Shown: positions 34,772-45,070 of the stretch, in pieces | Layout of the letters: every line of letters begins with the position of its first letter | How positions within the stretch are numbered: the first letter of the stretch is position 1 | Assembly: GCA_963740355.1 (NCBI GenBank) | Contig: CAVUDW010000002.1 | Span: 768,001 to 832,000 of the forward strand | Origin: an uncultured Gemmatimonadaceae bacterium | GTDB lineage: Bacteria; Gemmatimonadota; Gemmatimonadetes; Gemmatimonadales; Gemmatimonadaceae | Length of the DNA stretch: 64,000 nt | Direction of reading: 5' to 3' | The notes under the pieces: generated by a model | What the model saw: only the letters and a program-made list of their open reading frames with translations | The model's database searches: none | Told to the model about the DNA's origin: nothing | Program-made: the position numbers and the translations under genes

Positions 34772-37700
34772 ATGACACGTAGTTCGTGGGTAGGGTTGCC
34801 TCGCGTCGCCGCAGTCATCGCCATGCTGTGTGGAACAGCGGCGATGGTCCAGGCACAGAACGCAACCATTCAGGGCAAGGTGACGTCCGACCAGGGACGT
34901 CCCATCGAAGGCGCGAACATCTTCATCACAGAGATGAACGTGTCAGTGGGCAGTAACGCTGCCGGCAACTACACGATCACCATTCCCGGGGCCCGCGTGC
35001 GTGGCCAGACGGTGGTGTTGCGTGCACGTTCCATCGGCCAGAAGCCGGAACAGGCAACGCTGGTGATCCGGCCGGGCGTGATCACCCAGAACTTCGTCCT
35101 CGTCGCTGACGTCAACCGTCTCAGCCAGGTCGTCGTGACTGGTGTGGCTGGTGCGACCGAGCAGACCAAGGTGACCTTCTCCCTCGCACGCGTCGATAGT
35201 GCTGACATGCCGGTTTCCGGCGTCAACCCGCTCACGCAGCTGCAGGGCAAGGTGGCCGGCGCCGCGATCGTCTCGAGCTCTGGACGCCCTGGCGCACAGC
35301 CGGCGGTGCTGCTCCGTGGACCGACCTCGCTCAACGCCTCCGGTCGCGGCCAGGATCCGCTCTACATCGTCGACGGCGTGATCCTCAACGGTCCGCTGCC
35401 CGACCTGAACTCGCTCGACATCGAAAGCATCGAAGTCGTGAAGGGCGCCGCCGGCGCGTCGCTCTACGGCGCACGCGCAGGCAACGGCGTGATCCAGATC
35501 ACCACCAAGACAGGCAAGGGTGGTGGAGAGAATGTCGTCCGCTTCGGCTTCCGCACTGAAGTCGGCGGTGGTGACATCTACAACAAGGTGCCGCTGGCGC
35601 AGAGCACGTTCCTGGCAACCGACGGCAAGGGCCAGGTGTATTGCTCGGCCGATGCCATTCCGGCCGCCGCGGGCACGTACTCGCAGCCCTGTGTGCGCAA
35701 GATCGACATTTACGCCGAGGCGCTGCGCGTCAACGAGCTCGGTGGTGACTTTGCACTCAATCCGCAGAGCTTCCGCTATGATGGCGGCATCGCCCTGGCG
35801 CTGTCGCAGCGCCAGCTCGCCGGGCTCTATCAGGTCAACCCGTGGCCGGTGACGTATGACGCCGTCGACGCCACGGTGACGAATGGCTCGTTCCAGACGA
35901 GCAACGTGGACGTGACCGGCAAGTATCAGGGTGCGAATTTCTTCGGCAGCATCTCGAACACCGGCCAGACCGGCTCGATTCGCGGCCTGACGGGCCTCAA
36001 GCGCAACACGGTTCGCCTCAACGTGTCGCAGCAGTTCGCGCAGAAGTGGACGGTTGGCCTGAACACGTTCTACAGCCGCCTCGGTCAGGATGGCATCAAC
36101 CAGGACGGCGGCAACGGCTTCTTCCGCCTGACGCGTGTGCCGGCGTACGTGAACCTGCTCGCCACGGATGCCTTCGGCCGCTACTACATCCGCACCAATC
36201 CGCTCAACCAGGGCGGCCAGAACGACAACCCGATCTACAGCTTCACGAATTCCGAGCGTGAAGACAGTCGCGACCGATTCCTCGGCAACGTCGACGTGAA
36301 GTTTACGCCGTTCTCATGGCTCGATGTGCAGGGCCAGTTCGGTTACGATCGCTCGAACGGCGCAGCATTCGGTCTGCAGGACCGCGGCTACCGCACCACA
36401 ACGTCGAGCCCGGCCACCAACAACGGCAACATCTTCCGTTCGTCTTTCGTCGACCAGTCGTACAACACCAGCTTCAACGCCACCGCGCGCCACCAGTTCG
36501 GCAAGCTGAGTGCAAAGGCCAATGCCCGTTACCTCTACGAGCAGCAGGATGGCTCGTCGATCAGCAACTCCGGCAGCAACATCCCGTTCCCGGGCCTGCA
36601 GAACTCCGGCTCGCTGGTGCAGAACCTCGGCATTGGCTCCGGCGTCTCGTCGGTGCGTGGCATCGGCATGTTCCTCAGCACGGACCTCGACTACAACGAC
36701 AAGTACATCCTTTCCGGCCTCATTCGCCGCGATGGATCGTCGCTGTTCGGTGCCGACAATCGCTGGGCGACGTTCGGTCGTGTCTCCGGCGCCTATCGCC
36801 TGAGCCAGGAAAAGTGGTGGCCGTCGAGCTTCATCAACGAGTTCAAGCTGCGCGCCTCGCAGGGATCGGCCGGTGGCCGTCCGAGCTTCGCGGCACAGTA
36901 TGAGACGTTCACGGTCTCGACCGGCGTCATCAACCCGACATTGCTTGGCAACAAGTTCCTGAAGCCGGAAATCAACACCGAGACCGAAGTCGGCATCGAC
37001 GCCGAAATCCTCAGCAAGTACGGCCTCACGGTGACGTACGCGCAGTCGAACATCCGCGACCAGATCCTTCCGGTCCCACAGCCGACGGTGACGGGATTCA
37101 GCTCGCAGTGGCAGAACGCCGGCACGCTGCAGAACAAGGTGTGGGAAGTATCGCTCAACATCCCGCTCATCAGCCGTCCGAACCTGTCGTGGTCCACGCG
37201 CGTGAACTTCGACCGCGTGCGCTCGCAGATCACGCAGCTCGGTGTGCCGGAGTTCTTCACGGCCACTGGCCTGCAGGGCGCTGACAACTCGTTCCGCTTT
37301 GCCGAAGGCGAGAATCTCGGCACGTTCTACGGTCGTCGCTGGGTCCGCGATTGCTCGCAGTTGCCGGCACCGTTCAACACGCAGTGTGGGGCGTACAACT
37401 CCGGCTCGACGTACGAGCCGAATCGTGATGGCTACATCGTCTACACGGGCGGCAAGAGCCAGGACAGCGCCTACACCAACAACTACTACCAGGCGCAGCT
37501 GGCGTCGGGTCCGTGGGCGCAGCGCCTGAACTACGGCATGTTGATCCAGCTGCGTGACTCAGCGACCGGCAACCTGACGCAGCAGAAGTTGGGCAGCGCA
37601 CTGCCGCAGTATCGCTGGAACTTCAGCAACACCTTCAGCTACAAGCGCCTGAACATCTACAGCCTGTTCGACGCGACGGTTGGCCAGAAGGTCTACAACC

Positions 37701-38119
37701 AGGGCCTGCACTGGTCGCTCGGCGACTTCGCGACACGTCAGCAGGACCAGCAGAATGAGAGCGTGACGACGGTTCGTCCGATTGGGTACTGGTGGCGCGG
37801 TGGCCCGCCGATCAACGGCGCGGGCATCGGCGGCTTCTACGACCTCTTGAGCGCTAGCGAGTACTCCACGGAAGACGCGACTTACGGTCGCCTCCGCGAA
37901 GTCTCTATGAGCTTCCGCGTGGGCAAGGTTGGTGGTGTCGGCAATTGGACGGTGGGCGTCGTGGGTCGCAATCTGTTCACGATCACGAACTACCGCGGCT
38001 TCGATCCCGAGACCGGCGTGGCCGGTGGCCAGCTGGGTTCGGCCGTGCTCAACGGTATCGATCGCTATGGGTTCCCGAACCTGCGCACGTTCACCTTCTC
38101 GCTCGGCTCGAGCTTCTGA
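34772..38119 (+). CDS. SusC/RagA-family TonB-dependent transporter 2
   Basis: PLYIVDG, DIESIEVVKGAAGASLYGARAGNGVIQITTK, LKPE, YRGFDPE, terminal Phe. Confidence 0.95.
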   Translation: MTRSSWVGLPRVAAVIAMLCGTAAMVQAQNATIQGKVTSDQGRPIEGANIFITEMNVSVGSNAAGNYTITIPGARVRGQTVVLRARSIGQKPEQATLVIRPGVITQNFVLVADVNRLSQVVVTGVAGATEQTKVTFSLARVDSADMPVSGVNPLTQLQGKVAGAAIVSSSGRPGAQPAVLLRGPTSLNASGRGQDPLYIVDGVILNGPLPDLNSLDIESIEVVKGAAGASLYGARAGNGVIQITTKTGKGGGENVVRFGFRTEVGGGDIYNKVPLAQSTFLATDGKGQVYCSADAIPAAAGTYSQPCVRKIDIYAEALRVNELGGDFALNPQSFRYDGGIALALSQRQLAGLYQVNPWPVTYDAVDATVTNGSFQTSNVDVTGKYQGANFFGSISNTGQTGSIRGLTGLKRNTVRLNVSQQFAQKWTVGLNTFYSRLGQDGINQDGGNGFFRLTRVPAYVNLLATDAFGRYYIRTNPLNQGGQNDNPIYSFTNSEREDSRDRFLGNVDVKFTPFSWLDVQGQFGYDRSNGAAFGLQDRGYRTTTSSPATNNGNIFRSSFVDQSYNTSFNATARHQFGKLSAKANARYLYEQQDGSSISNSGSNIPFPGLQNSGSLVQNLGIGSGVSSVRGIGMFLSTDLDYNDKYILSGLIRRDGSSLFGADNRWATFGRVSGAYRLSQEKWWPSSFINEFKLRASQGSAGGRPSFAAQYETFTVSTGVINPTLLGNKFLKPEINTETEVGIDAEILSKYGLTVTYAQSNIRDQILPVPQPTVTGFSSQWQNAGTLQNKVWEVSLNIPLISRPNLSWSTRVNFDRVRSQITQLGVPEFFTATGLQGADNSFRFAEGENLGTFYGRRWVRDCSQLPAPFNTQCGAYNSGSTYEPNRDGYIVYTGGKSQDSAYTNNYYQAQLASGPWAQRLNYGMLIQLRDSATGNLTQQKLGSALPQYRWNFSNTFSYKRLNIYSLFDATVGQKVYNQGLHWSLGDFATRQQDQQNESVTTVRPIGYWWRGGPPINGAGIGGFYDLLSASEYSTEDATYGRLREVSMSFRVGKVGGVGNWTVGVVGRNLFTITNYRGFDPETGVAGGQLGSAVLNGIDRYGFPNLRTFTFSLGSSF

Positions 38120-38190
38120 GCCGGACCGGAGTGGGCGCGACGCTGAACGGCGGCGCGCCTGATCCGGGCCTCATAAAACGAGACCATATA

Positions 38191-39831
38191 ATGAAGATTC
38201 GCCTTTCCCGACTGGTGACGCTCGTGAGCGTTGCCAGCCTGGCGGCCTGCGGTGACCCGCTCAGTGTGTCCAACAAGAACGTGGTGGACGTCACATCGGC
38301 ACAGCAGACCGCGCAGGGTATTGAACAGATCATTGGCAAGTCGTTCCAGGCCATGTTCGTCGGCCAGTACAACAGCGGCGGTATCATGCTGCAGGCGATC
38401 AACATGGCGCATGAGAGCAGTTCGTCGCTCGGCAACTTCGGCATGGGCCTGCGCAACGGCGTGCCACGGGTTGCAATCGACAACTCGCGCGCGAACTCGA
38501 CGGCCACGGGGACGAACGCCGACTTCTCGGTGCTGACGCGCCTCGCGCGCCAGAACGTGAATGCGCTGCGGGCGCTCGACAACATCTCGGCCAGCTCTGC
38601 CCCGACGGCCGGTCGCTCGCGCGCCTTCGGTTACTTCGTCCTCGGTTATGCCATGGGCAACCTGGCGGCCATTTACGACTCGGCTGCGATCCTCACGCCT
38701 TCACGGACACCGGAAGATTCGCTCTTCAGCGCGGCGGTCGTGAATGCTCAGGCGCTCGCCATGCTCGACTCCGCGCTCCTGACCGTTCGCGGTCCTGCCG
38801 GTGCGGCGCCGAACTTCCCGATTCCGGCCGACTTCATGACCGGCACCGCGATCGACACCACGCAGTTCATTCGCATGGTGCGCTCGTACAAGGCGAAGTT
38901 CCGCGCCGGCATCGCACGCACGCCAGCGCAGCGCGCTGCGGTGAACTGGGAATTGGTCCGCGCCGACGCCGCAGCCGGCATCACCGCCAACATCACCATC
39001 GCGCTCGATCCGTCCATCGGCTGGTCGAACAGCGACCTGACGACGCTGATGCAGTTCATCGGGTGGCACCAGACGCCGGCGTTCATCCTCGGCATGGCTG
39101 ACACCAGTGGCACGTACAGCTCATATCTGTCGCTGCCTATCACGGGCAGCCCGTCACGCAATGGCGCCACCGTGCTGATTCGCACGCCGGACAAGCGCTT
39201 CCCGGTTGGTGAAACGCGTGCGGCGCAGCAGACATTCCAGAGCGATGTGGTTCCTCTCTCGGGTGTCTACTTCCGCAATCGTCCCAGCGGCCAGGACACC
39301 GGCAACAACGCCGACCCATGGTCAAACTCGGTGTACGACAACTTCCGATTCCGACCGATTCGCGATGCGAACGGTATCGGGAGCTGGGTGTTGATGGCCG
39401 CCACGGAAATCCGGATGCTTCAGGCCGAGGCGCTGATGAATCTCGGTCGTACGGCCGAGGCGATTCCGCTGATCAACGTGACACGCACGGCCAACAACCT
39501 GCCGGCGATTCCGACGACGGCAGCGTCCACGGATCCGGTTCCCGGAGGCACAGCCTGTGTGCCGCGCGTTCCGCAGCCGGGCGTCTACACGACGGCGGTG
39601 TGTGGCTCCGTGTTCGAAGCGATGAAGTGGGAGAAGCGTCTGGAAACGCAGCTGACTGGCTACTGTCAGTGGTTCCTTGACGCCCGTGGCTGGGGCGACC
39701 TGCCGGTCGGTACGGGTCTGTCGTGGCCGGTGCCGTATCAGGAGCTGGATTCGCGCGCCAAGCCGCTGTACAACGGCATCGAGCTCGCTGGGGCCAGCAC
39801 ATATGGTCTCGGACGCGGCAACGGTTTCTGA
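38191..39831 (+). CDS. SusD/RagB-like lipoprotein 2
   Basis: Lipobox LAAC, EIRMLQAEA, WEKRLE, WFLDARGWG, WPVPYQE. Confidence 0.88.
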   Translation: MKIRLSRLVTLVSVASLAACGDPLSVSNKNVVDVTSAQQTAQGIEQIIGKSFQAMFVGQYNSGGIMLQAINMAHESSSSLGNFGMGLRNGVPRVAIDNSRANSTATGTNADFSVLTRLARQNVNALRALDNISASSAPTAGRSRAFGYFVLGYAMGNLAAIYDSAAILTPSRTPEDSLFSAAVVNAQALAMLDSALLTVRGPAGAAPNFPIPADFMTGTAIDTTQFIRMVRSYKAKFRAGIARTPAQRAAVNWELVRADAAAGITANITIALDPSIGWSNSDLTTLMQFIGWHQTPAFILGMADTSGTYSSYLSLPITGSPSRNGATVLIRTPDKRFPVGETRAAQQTFQSDVVPLSGVYFRNRPSGQDTGNNADPWSNSVYDNFRFRPIRDANGIGSWVLMAATEIRMLQAEALMNLGRTAEAIPLINVTRTANNLPAIPTTAASTDPVPGGTACVPRVPQPGVYTTAVCGSVFEAMKWEKRLETQLTGYCQWFLDARGWGDLPVGTGLSWPVPYQELDSRAKPLYNGIELAGASTYGLGRGNGF

Positions 39832-39834
39832 GTG

Positions 39835-40299
39835 ATGTCAGCGTCGACGTTTTCGCGCACGATCGTGGCTGCCGTCACGGCCTTCGGGTTGAGCGGTTGC
39901 TACGAATACGTCCCGATGCAAAGCACGACCGCGGCCAGCCCGCGGGTGGAAGTGCTGGTCACGGACCGCGGGCGCGTCGAGCTGACACCGCAGCTCGGTC
40001 AGGGTGTGCTGTCGTTCGAAGGCACGCTCGACCGTCGCAGCGACTCTTCGTACGTGGTTCGGGTGGCCGAGGTGACGTACATCAACCGGCAAACGAATCG
40101 CTGGAGTGGTGAACCAATCACGGTGTCGCAGGGTGCGGTGCGCGACATCCGGGTTCGACGTCTCTCGAAGCTGCGCACGTTTGCTGTGGTGGCCGGTTCC
40201 GTAGGTGCGGGAATCGTCTTCGTGGTGTCACGCGGCCTGTTTGGCGGCGGCTCCATCGATTCGGATCCCAATCCACCGCCGCCGCCGAACGGCCAGTGA
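39835..40299 (+). CDS. Hypothetical lipoprotein with a C-terminal hydrophobic helix
   Basis: Lipobox LSGC-YEYVP; co-oriented after susD. Confidence 0.7.
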   Translation: MSASTFSRTIVAAVTAFGLSGCYEYVPMQSTTAASPRVEVLVTDRGRVELTPQLGQGVLSFEGTLDRRSDSSYVVRVAEVTYINRQTNRWSGEPITVSQGAVRDIRVRRLSKLRTFAVVAGSVGAGIVFVVSRGLFGGGSIDSDPNPPPPPNGQ

Positions 40300-40348
40300 T
40301 CGGTCCCTCATCTTCTCCATTCATCGAATTCCTTTTTCACTGAATCCC

Positions 40349-41200
40349 ATGACCTTCCGTCTCTCCCCCGCGCTGCGCGTCGCGGTTGCCGTACTGGCAA
40401 CCGGTCTGATGGCCGCGTGCAGCAAGGACACTGGTCCGACCGTCAACACGCTCGGTCCCCGCGCCAGTGTGCGCGTGATCAACGCAGTGCCCGATACGGG
40501 CTCCATGGACTACCGGTTCGTCGACAGCGTCGAAGCACCGATCGAACTCGGTCTGGTGTTCCGCGCGGCCTCGGGGTACCAGCCGTTCAAGGTCGGTGCG
40601 CGTCGCGTGCGTGCCTTCGCCGCAAGCCAGTCACCGACCATCGTGTTCGGCGCGCCGATCATCGACCAGGTGATCAACCTCGAGGCGAACAAGTACTACA
40701 CGCTCATCCATGTCGGCCTCGCGAACACGGGCGGCACGGGTGACAGCATCATCGTGCTCGTCGACAGCATCCCGACGCTGGCGGCGTTGAACAACAGCGT
40801 CGCGATCCGCGGCGTGCATGCCGCACCGTCGGTGGGCGCCGTGAATGTCTTCACGACGCGCACGGTTGCTGCAGCGCTACCGGCAACACCGGCCTTCGCG
40901 AACCTGCAGTACGGTCGCACCACGGGCTACATCCGTCTGACGGCGCCTGATTCGGTTGCCGCGCGCATCTCCGTCGCCGCGAGCCCAACCACTGTGCTTT
41001 CCGCACTGGCACAGGTCGGTCAGGCCGGTACGTCGCAGCTGAATCCGATCGGTGGCTCACGCATCGCCGGCACGTCTTTGTCGGCAGTGGCATTCCCGGC
41101 CGGCCTCGGCGCACGCGCCACGGGCACGGCCACCACGCCGTCGGTCGTCTGGTTCGTCGATGGCGATCCGCCGGAGACGGTGCCGAGGCTCCGCCCGTAA
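40349..41200 (+). CDS. DUF4397-like lipoprotein
   Basis: Lipobox MAAC; two repeats VRVINAVPD / IRGVHAAPSVGAVNV. Confidence 0.8.
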   Translation: MTFRLSPALRVAVAVLATGLMAACSKDTGPTVNTLGPRASVRVINAVPDTGSMDYRFVDSVEAPIELGLVFRAASGYQPFKVGARRVRAFAASQSPTIVFGAPIIDQVINLEANKYYTLIHVGLANTGGTGDSIIVLVDSIPTLAALNNSVAIRGVHAAPSVGAVNVFTTRTVAAALPATPAFANLQYGRTTGYIRLTAPDSVAARISVAASPTTVLSALAQVGQAGTSQLNPIGGSRIAGTSLSAVAFPAGLGARATGTATTPSVVWFVDGDPPETVPRLRP

Positions 41201-41235
41201 TTCAGGCTGCAATCGCATTGAAGTAGCAGAAGACA

Positions 41236-41271
41236 AACGACGGCGTCCCGAGTTTCCGGGACGCCGTCGTT
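41236..41271. terminator. Bidirectional terminator between convergent genes
   Basis: 15-bp stem AACGACGGCGTCCCG/CGGGACGCCGTCGTT. Confidence 0.75.
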
Positions 41272-41297
41272 GCATTCGCCTACTACCACGATCGACC

Positions 41298-42443
41298 TTA
41301 CGGTTGCGCGGCGCGGAATGCGATGGTCATCCGCACACGCTGTGCGACGGGCTGCTCGTTGCGACGTGCCGGTTCGAAGGTGAAGAGCGGAAGCCCCTCG
41401 AGCGCAGCCTCGCCAAACGCCTTGTGGGTGCTGGCGACGACCCGCGCGGTGCGGGTGTACGGCCGCCCGTCGCTGGCTACCACCAGCTCGAGTTGCACTT
41501 CACCATCCAGAGCCTTGCGACGCAATGACGCTGGATACACGGGCGTCACACTACGTGCGGTGTCGAGCTGCGCCAGCGCGTCGACATCGGCTTCGCTGAA
41601 GATCAGCGAATCCGGAAGCGTCTCGCCGCGTGCGACATGCGGCTCCGGCAGGTAGGTATCCGATCGTCGCGACCAGATCGCAATGGTGCCGCACCGGCTG
41701 CCGTTGTTGAGTGCGAGGAACTCGGGCGGCGTGCGGGACGCGTCAGGGTAGACCTCCACCGCTGCCAGCCCTCGCGGGTCGAAGCCTTCGGTGTTGATCT
41801 CGCCGATGTTGGCCTGAGCCATCCCATCGATGATCAACAACGGATAGCACCGCTCGGCGACGCGTCGTCCTCCGCGCCCGGGGAGCGACGTGGGGCGCAT
41901 GCCAAGTTCGCCGAGACCGTTGACGGTGCGGAGCACGTCGCTGAGGCGCTGGGCATTGCGGGATAACATGTCCGCATGAGTAAAGAACACGCCTTCGCCC
42001 TTGGCACGCCTTTCGTAAAATGCGGCCAGAGGGCCACTATATACGGGGCGACGCGCGGCGGAGACGGTGACCGTGCTGAGGCGGGCGGCTATCGGGTCGA
42101 CAGTCACGACGGTGGCGATCGGTGCCACACCGCAGGATGGGAAGAGCATGATCCTCGCCGGCGCGAAGCCGAGTCGGCGAACGCGGGCGTAGATCGGCGA
42201 GCTGGAGGCGGTGGGGATTCGTGTCTCACCGAGTGAATCGGTCCGGTGCAATGCGTCGCCAATCACGACCGTTGCTTCCGGCAGTGCGGTACCGCTGCTG
42301 TCACGCACCTGCACCGACGCAGCACAGGAGGTCGCTGTTTGCGCCGACAGCCACGCCGCTGTCAGCGACTCGGCGACGAGCAGCGACAGCGCGCGAACGG
42401 AACGCGATTTGGTACAGGGAAAGGCACTCAGCAAGCGAAACAT
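41298..42443 (-). CDS. Secreted CarboxypepD-reg-like + barrel-less TBDT plug + TonB C-terminal domain fusion
   Basis: VRDSSGTALPEATV, VRRLGF, LSTVTVSA, FYERR.KGEGVF, CYPLLIIDG, VEVY, CGTIAIWSR, then PVYPASLRRKALDGEV.LELVV..DGR...FEPARRN. Confidence 0.8.
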   Translation of the reverse strand: MFRLLSAFPCTKSRSVRALSLLVAESLTAAWLSAQTATSCAASVQVRDSSGTALPEATVVIGDALHRTDSLGETRIPTASSSPIYARVRRLGFAPARIMLFPSCGVAPIATVVTVDPIAARLSTVTVSAARRPVYSGPLAAFYERRAKGEGVFFTHADMLSRNAQRLSDVLRTVNGLGELGMRPTSLPGRGGRRVAERCYPLLIIDGMAQANIGEINTEGFDPRGLAAVEVYPDASRTPPEFLALNNGSRCGTIAIWSRRSDTYLPEPHVARGETLPDSLIFSEADVDALAQLDTARSVTPVYPASLRRKALDGEVQLELVVASDGRPYTRTARVVASTHKAFGEAALEGLPLFTFEPARRNEQPVAQRVRMTIAFRAAQP

Positions 42444-42478
42444 CTGCGAACCCTTCAACCTCCTGTGGCGGTCGGCCG

Positions 42479-43591
42479 ATGACGAACGAGCAGCTGCGAC
42501 TGCGGTATGCTGGAATCTGTCATGCCGCCCTGAGGGCTGCTGCCGCCGGCGCCGTCCTGCTCTTCAGTTGGGCAGTACTGCCTGGTCAGACGACGGCGAC
42601 TGCGAAAATGGTTGCGGACCGCGATTCGACCGCAATCCTGGCCGGTCTCGTGCGCGACTCCCTCGGCCGTCCCGTCACGAACGCCACGGTGTCGGAAGTC
42701 GGCATCGATCCCATGAGCACAACGACTGACAGCGCTGGCCGTTTCCGACTGGTTGGCATCAGGGCTGGACACTCACGGGTCGAGGTACGGCGCTCAGGCT
42801 ACGCGATGTTGGGGTTCGATTTCGAGATTGCTCCAGGCATCACCGTCGAACTGGAACTGACGCTGCTGCCTGCCGAGAGAGTCCTGCCGACCTTCGTGAC
42901 GGTCGACGCTGTCGATTCTCTCGGTATTCCCGGTCGGTGGAATGTCGTTGAAGGGACGGTCACCGATTCGACTGGCAGACCCTTGAGCGGAGTGTCGGTC
43001 CAGGGCATGTCCACTGAGCTGGCAGCGACGACCGGCGAAGATGGCCGCTTCGCACTTCGCAAAGTCGCACCGGGGCTGCATTTCCTTCGTCTGCGAAAGC
43101 TCGGTCACCTCCCTGAATACGCGCCGCTTCGAGTGACGGAACGGCAGCGCGTGACACTGCGCGTCGTTCTTCGCCCAGCGTCCGGCGCTCCAATGCTGGC
43201 CGGCGTGACCATCCGGGAAGACGCACGAATGGCGGGCTTTTTCGAACGACGGCGCCGCGGCGGCGGGATCTTCGTGACCCGTGAGGATCTGGAACAGAAA
43301 TACGTCTTCGAGATCTCGGATGCGCTCCGTGGCCGGAAGGCGGTGGATGTGCGTCCGAATTCCGAGGGGGACCGGATCATCGTCGGACGGCGAAGCCTTC
43401 TCGAAGCTCGGTGCCCGCTGGGTCTCCTGATCGACGGGATGCCGTTCATCGGCCCGCCGATCTCGATCGACCGACTCGTCACCGTCAAGCATGTGCGCGC
43501 CATGGAAGTCTACACAAACGGCGCCTCCGTGCCGCTGGGTTTTCAGCAGTCGGCGACCGACTGCGGTGCGATCCTGATCTGGACGCGATGA
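42479..43591 (+). CDS. Secreted 2x CarboxypepD-reg-like + barrel-less TBDT plug protein
   Basis: GLVRDSLGRPV / GTVTDSTGRPL repeats, GFFERRRRGGGIF, CPLGLLIDG, MEVY, CGAILIWTR-stop. Confidence 0.8.
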   Translation: MTNEQLRLRYAGICHAALRAAAAGAVLLFSWAVLPGQTTATAKMVADRDSTAILAGLVRDSLGRPVTNATVSEVGIDPMSTTTDSAGRFRLVGIRAGHSRVEVRRSGYAMLGFDFEIAPGITVELELTLLPAERVLPTFVTVDAVDSLGIPGRWNVVEGTVTDSTGRPLSGVSVQGMSTELAATTGEDGRFALRKVAPGLHFLRLRKLGHLPEYAPLRVTERQRVTLRVVLRPASGAPMLAGVTIREDARMAGFFERRRRGGGIFVTREDLEQKYVFEISDALRGRKAVDVRPNSEGDRIIVGRRSLLEARCPLGLLIDGMPFIGPPISIDRLVTVKHVRAMEVYTNGASVPLGFQQSATDCGAILIWTR

Positions 43592-43689
43592 GGACGAAGG
43601 GAGGCTCGCGTGTCTGCTCGATTGTCGGCAGACCACAACTGCTGGCTCAGGCGTAAACTTCCAGCCCGGAATTGGGTATTCTGCAGGCA

Positions 43690-44826
43690 ATGCACAGACT
43701 TCCTTTTCTCGCGCCGCGCTTTGTCCGCGCCGCGGCGGCGAGCCTGATTCTGGCCGTGTCGGCGCCAGTATTCGGCGTGGCAACAGCACGGGCGCAGGGC
43801 GTTCCTCTGGCGAAGGACTCGGCCCCGAAGGCAACCATCGCGGGCGTGGTGGTCGACAGCCTGGGGAAGCCGGTCAGCAACGCGACGGTTCGGGTGGCCG
43901 GCGGCTCGCCTTCGACCACGACCGATAGCCAGGGGCAGTTCCGCCTCGAAGGGGTGCCCGCCGGCGAAGCCCGAGTTCAGGTCACCGGCGACGGCTACAC
44001 ACCGCTCGGCTTCGAGTTTGCGATTGCGGCGAATGTGACGGTGTCGCTGAAACTGACACTGCTTCCGGCACCGCCATCCGCTGCGCCGCCTCCGGCTGCC
44101 GCCGCAGTAGACGCGCCGGTGATCGCTGGCCCGCCAGACTCCTCAAAGGTCCCGCAAGGACGTACGATCGTTGCCGGCAAGGTCGTCGACTCGGCCGGCA
44201 AGCCGATTTTCGGTGCGTCGGTACAGGCGGTGTCGACAGCGATAGGGACCATGAGTGATTCGTCGGGCCGGTTCCGGCTCTCAAACCTTACGCCGGGCCT
44301 GATCTTCGTGCGCGTCCGCAAGATCGGATACCTCTCCGAATATTTCCCGCTGCAGACGGAAGCCGGCCGCGTCGCGTCGCTGACCGTGAAGCTGCGCCCG
44401 GCATCCAATGCACCGTCGCTGGCACGGGTCGAGGTCCGCGCCGATGCACGACGCGATGCGCGCATGGTGGGCTTCTACGAGCGGATGCGATTGGGCAACG
44501 GCGTGTTCGTGGAGCGCGAGGAATTGCTGCGCCGCAACACCTCGAACGTGACGGAGATCCTGCGCGGCCGGAATGGCGTGAACATCATTCGTGATGCCAA
44601 CAACAACGCAGTGGTGTTCGGGCGCAACCTGACGGGCGCGGGCTACTGCGCGATGGGTGTGCTGGTGGATGGCGTGTTCGTGAACACGCAGGGAATGAGC
44701 ATCGATCAGCTGGTCAACACGCAGGACGTGCGTGCGATCGAGGTGTACAAGACCGGGCCGAGCGTCCCGAACGAGTTTCAACGTCGCGAGACGGACTGCG
44801 GTGCGGTGTTGATCTGGACGCGGTGA
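43690..44826 (+). CDS. Secreted 2x CarboxypepD-reg-like + barrel-less TBDT plug protein
   Basis: GVVVDSLGKPV / GKVVDSAGKPI repeats, GFYERMRLGNGVF, CAMGVLVDG, IEVYK, CGAVLIWTR-stop. Confidence 0.85.
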   Translation: MHRLPFLAPRFVRAAAASLILAVSAPVFGVATARAQGVPLAKDSAPKATIAGVVVDSLGKPVSNATVRVAGGSPSTTTDSQGQFRLEGVPAGEARVQVTGDGYTPLGFEFAIAANVTVSLKLTLLPAPPSAAPPPAAAAVDAPVIAGPPDSSKVPQGRTIVAGKVVDSAGKPIFGASVQAVSTAIGTMSDSSGRFRLSNLTPGLIFVRVRKIGYLSEYFPLQTEAGRVASLTVKLRPASNAPSLARVEVRADARRDARMVGFYERMRLGNGVFVEREELLRRNTSNVTEILRGRNGVNIIRDANNNAVVFGRNLTGAGYCAMGVLVDGVFVNTQGMSIDQLVNTQDVRAIEVYKTGPSVPNEFQRRETDCGAVLIWTR

Positions 44827-44865
44827 CACATCCGCTGTGACCCGGTAGTGATTCACTCCTGCCAC

Positions 44866-44903
44866 GAGCGCCCGCGACATCACGTTGCGGGCGCTTTGTA
44901 TTT
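44866..44903 (+). terminator. Terminator after the plug-protein pair
   Basis: AGCGCCCGC/GCGGGCGCT followed by TTGTATTT. Confidence 0.65.
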
Positions 44904-45070
44904 GTGCATTCGATTTGCATTCGATGTGCACCATGCGCGCGAATCTGGAACATGGCTTTGGCCGGTGCGGTCGCACTGTGGCCCCGTCAGTCATACGTCG
45001 TGACTGACGTGGTGCACGCCTCGCCAGAGAGTCGCGCGCCGCCGATGCGCGACTCTGGCAGGAGGCGAAC

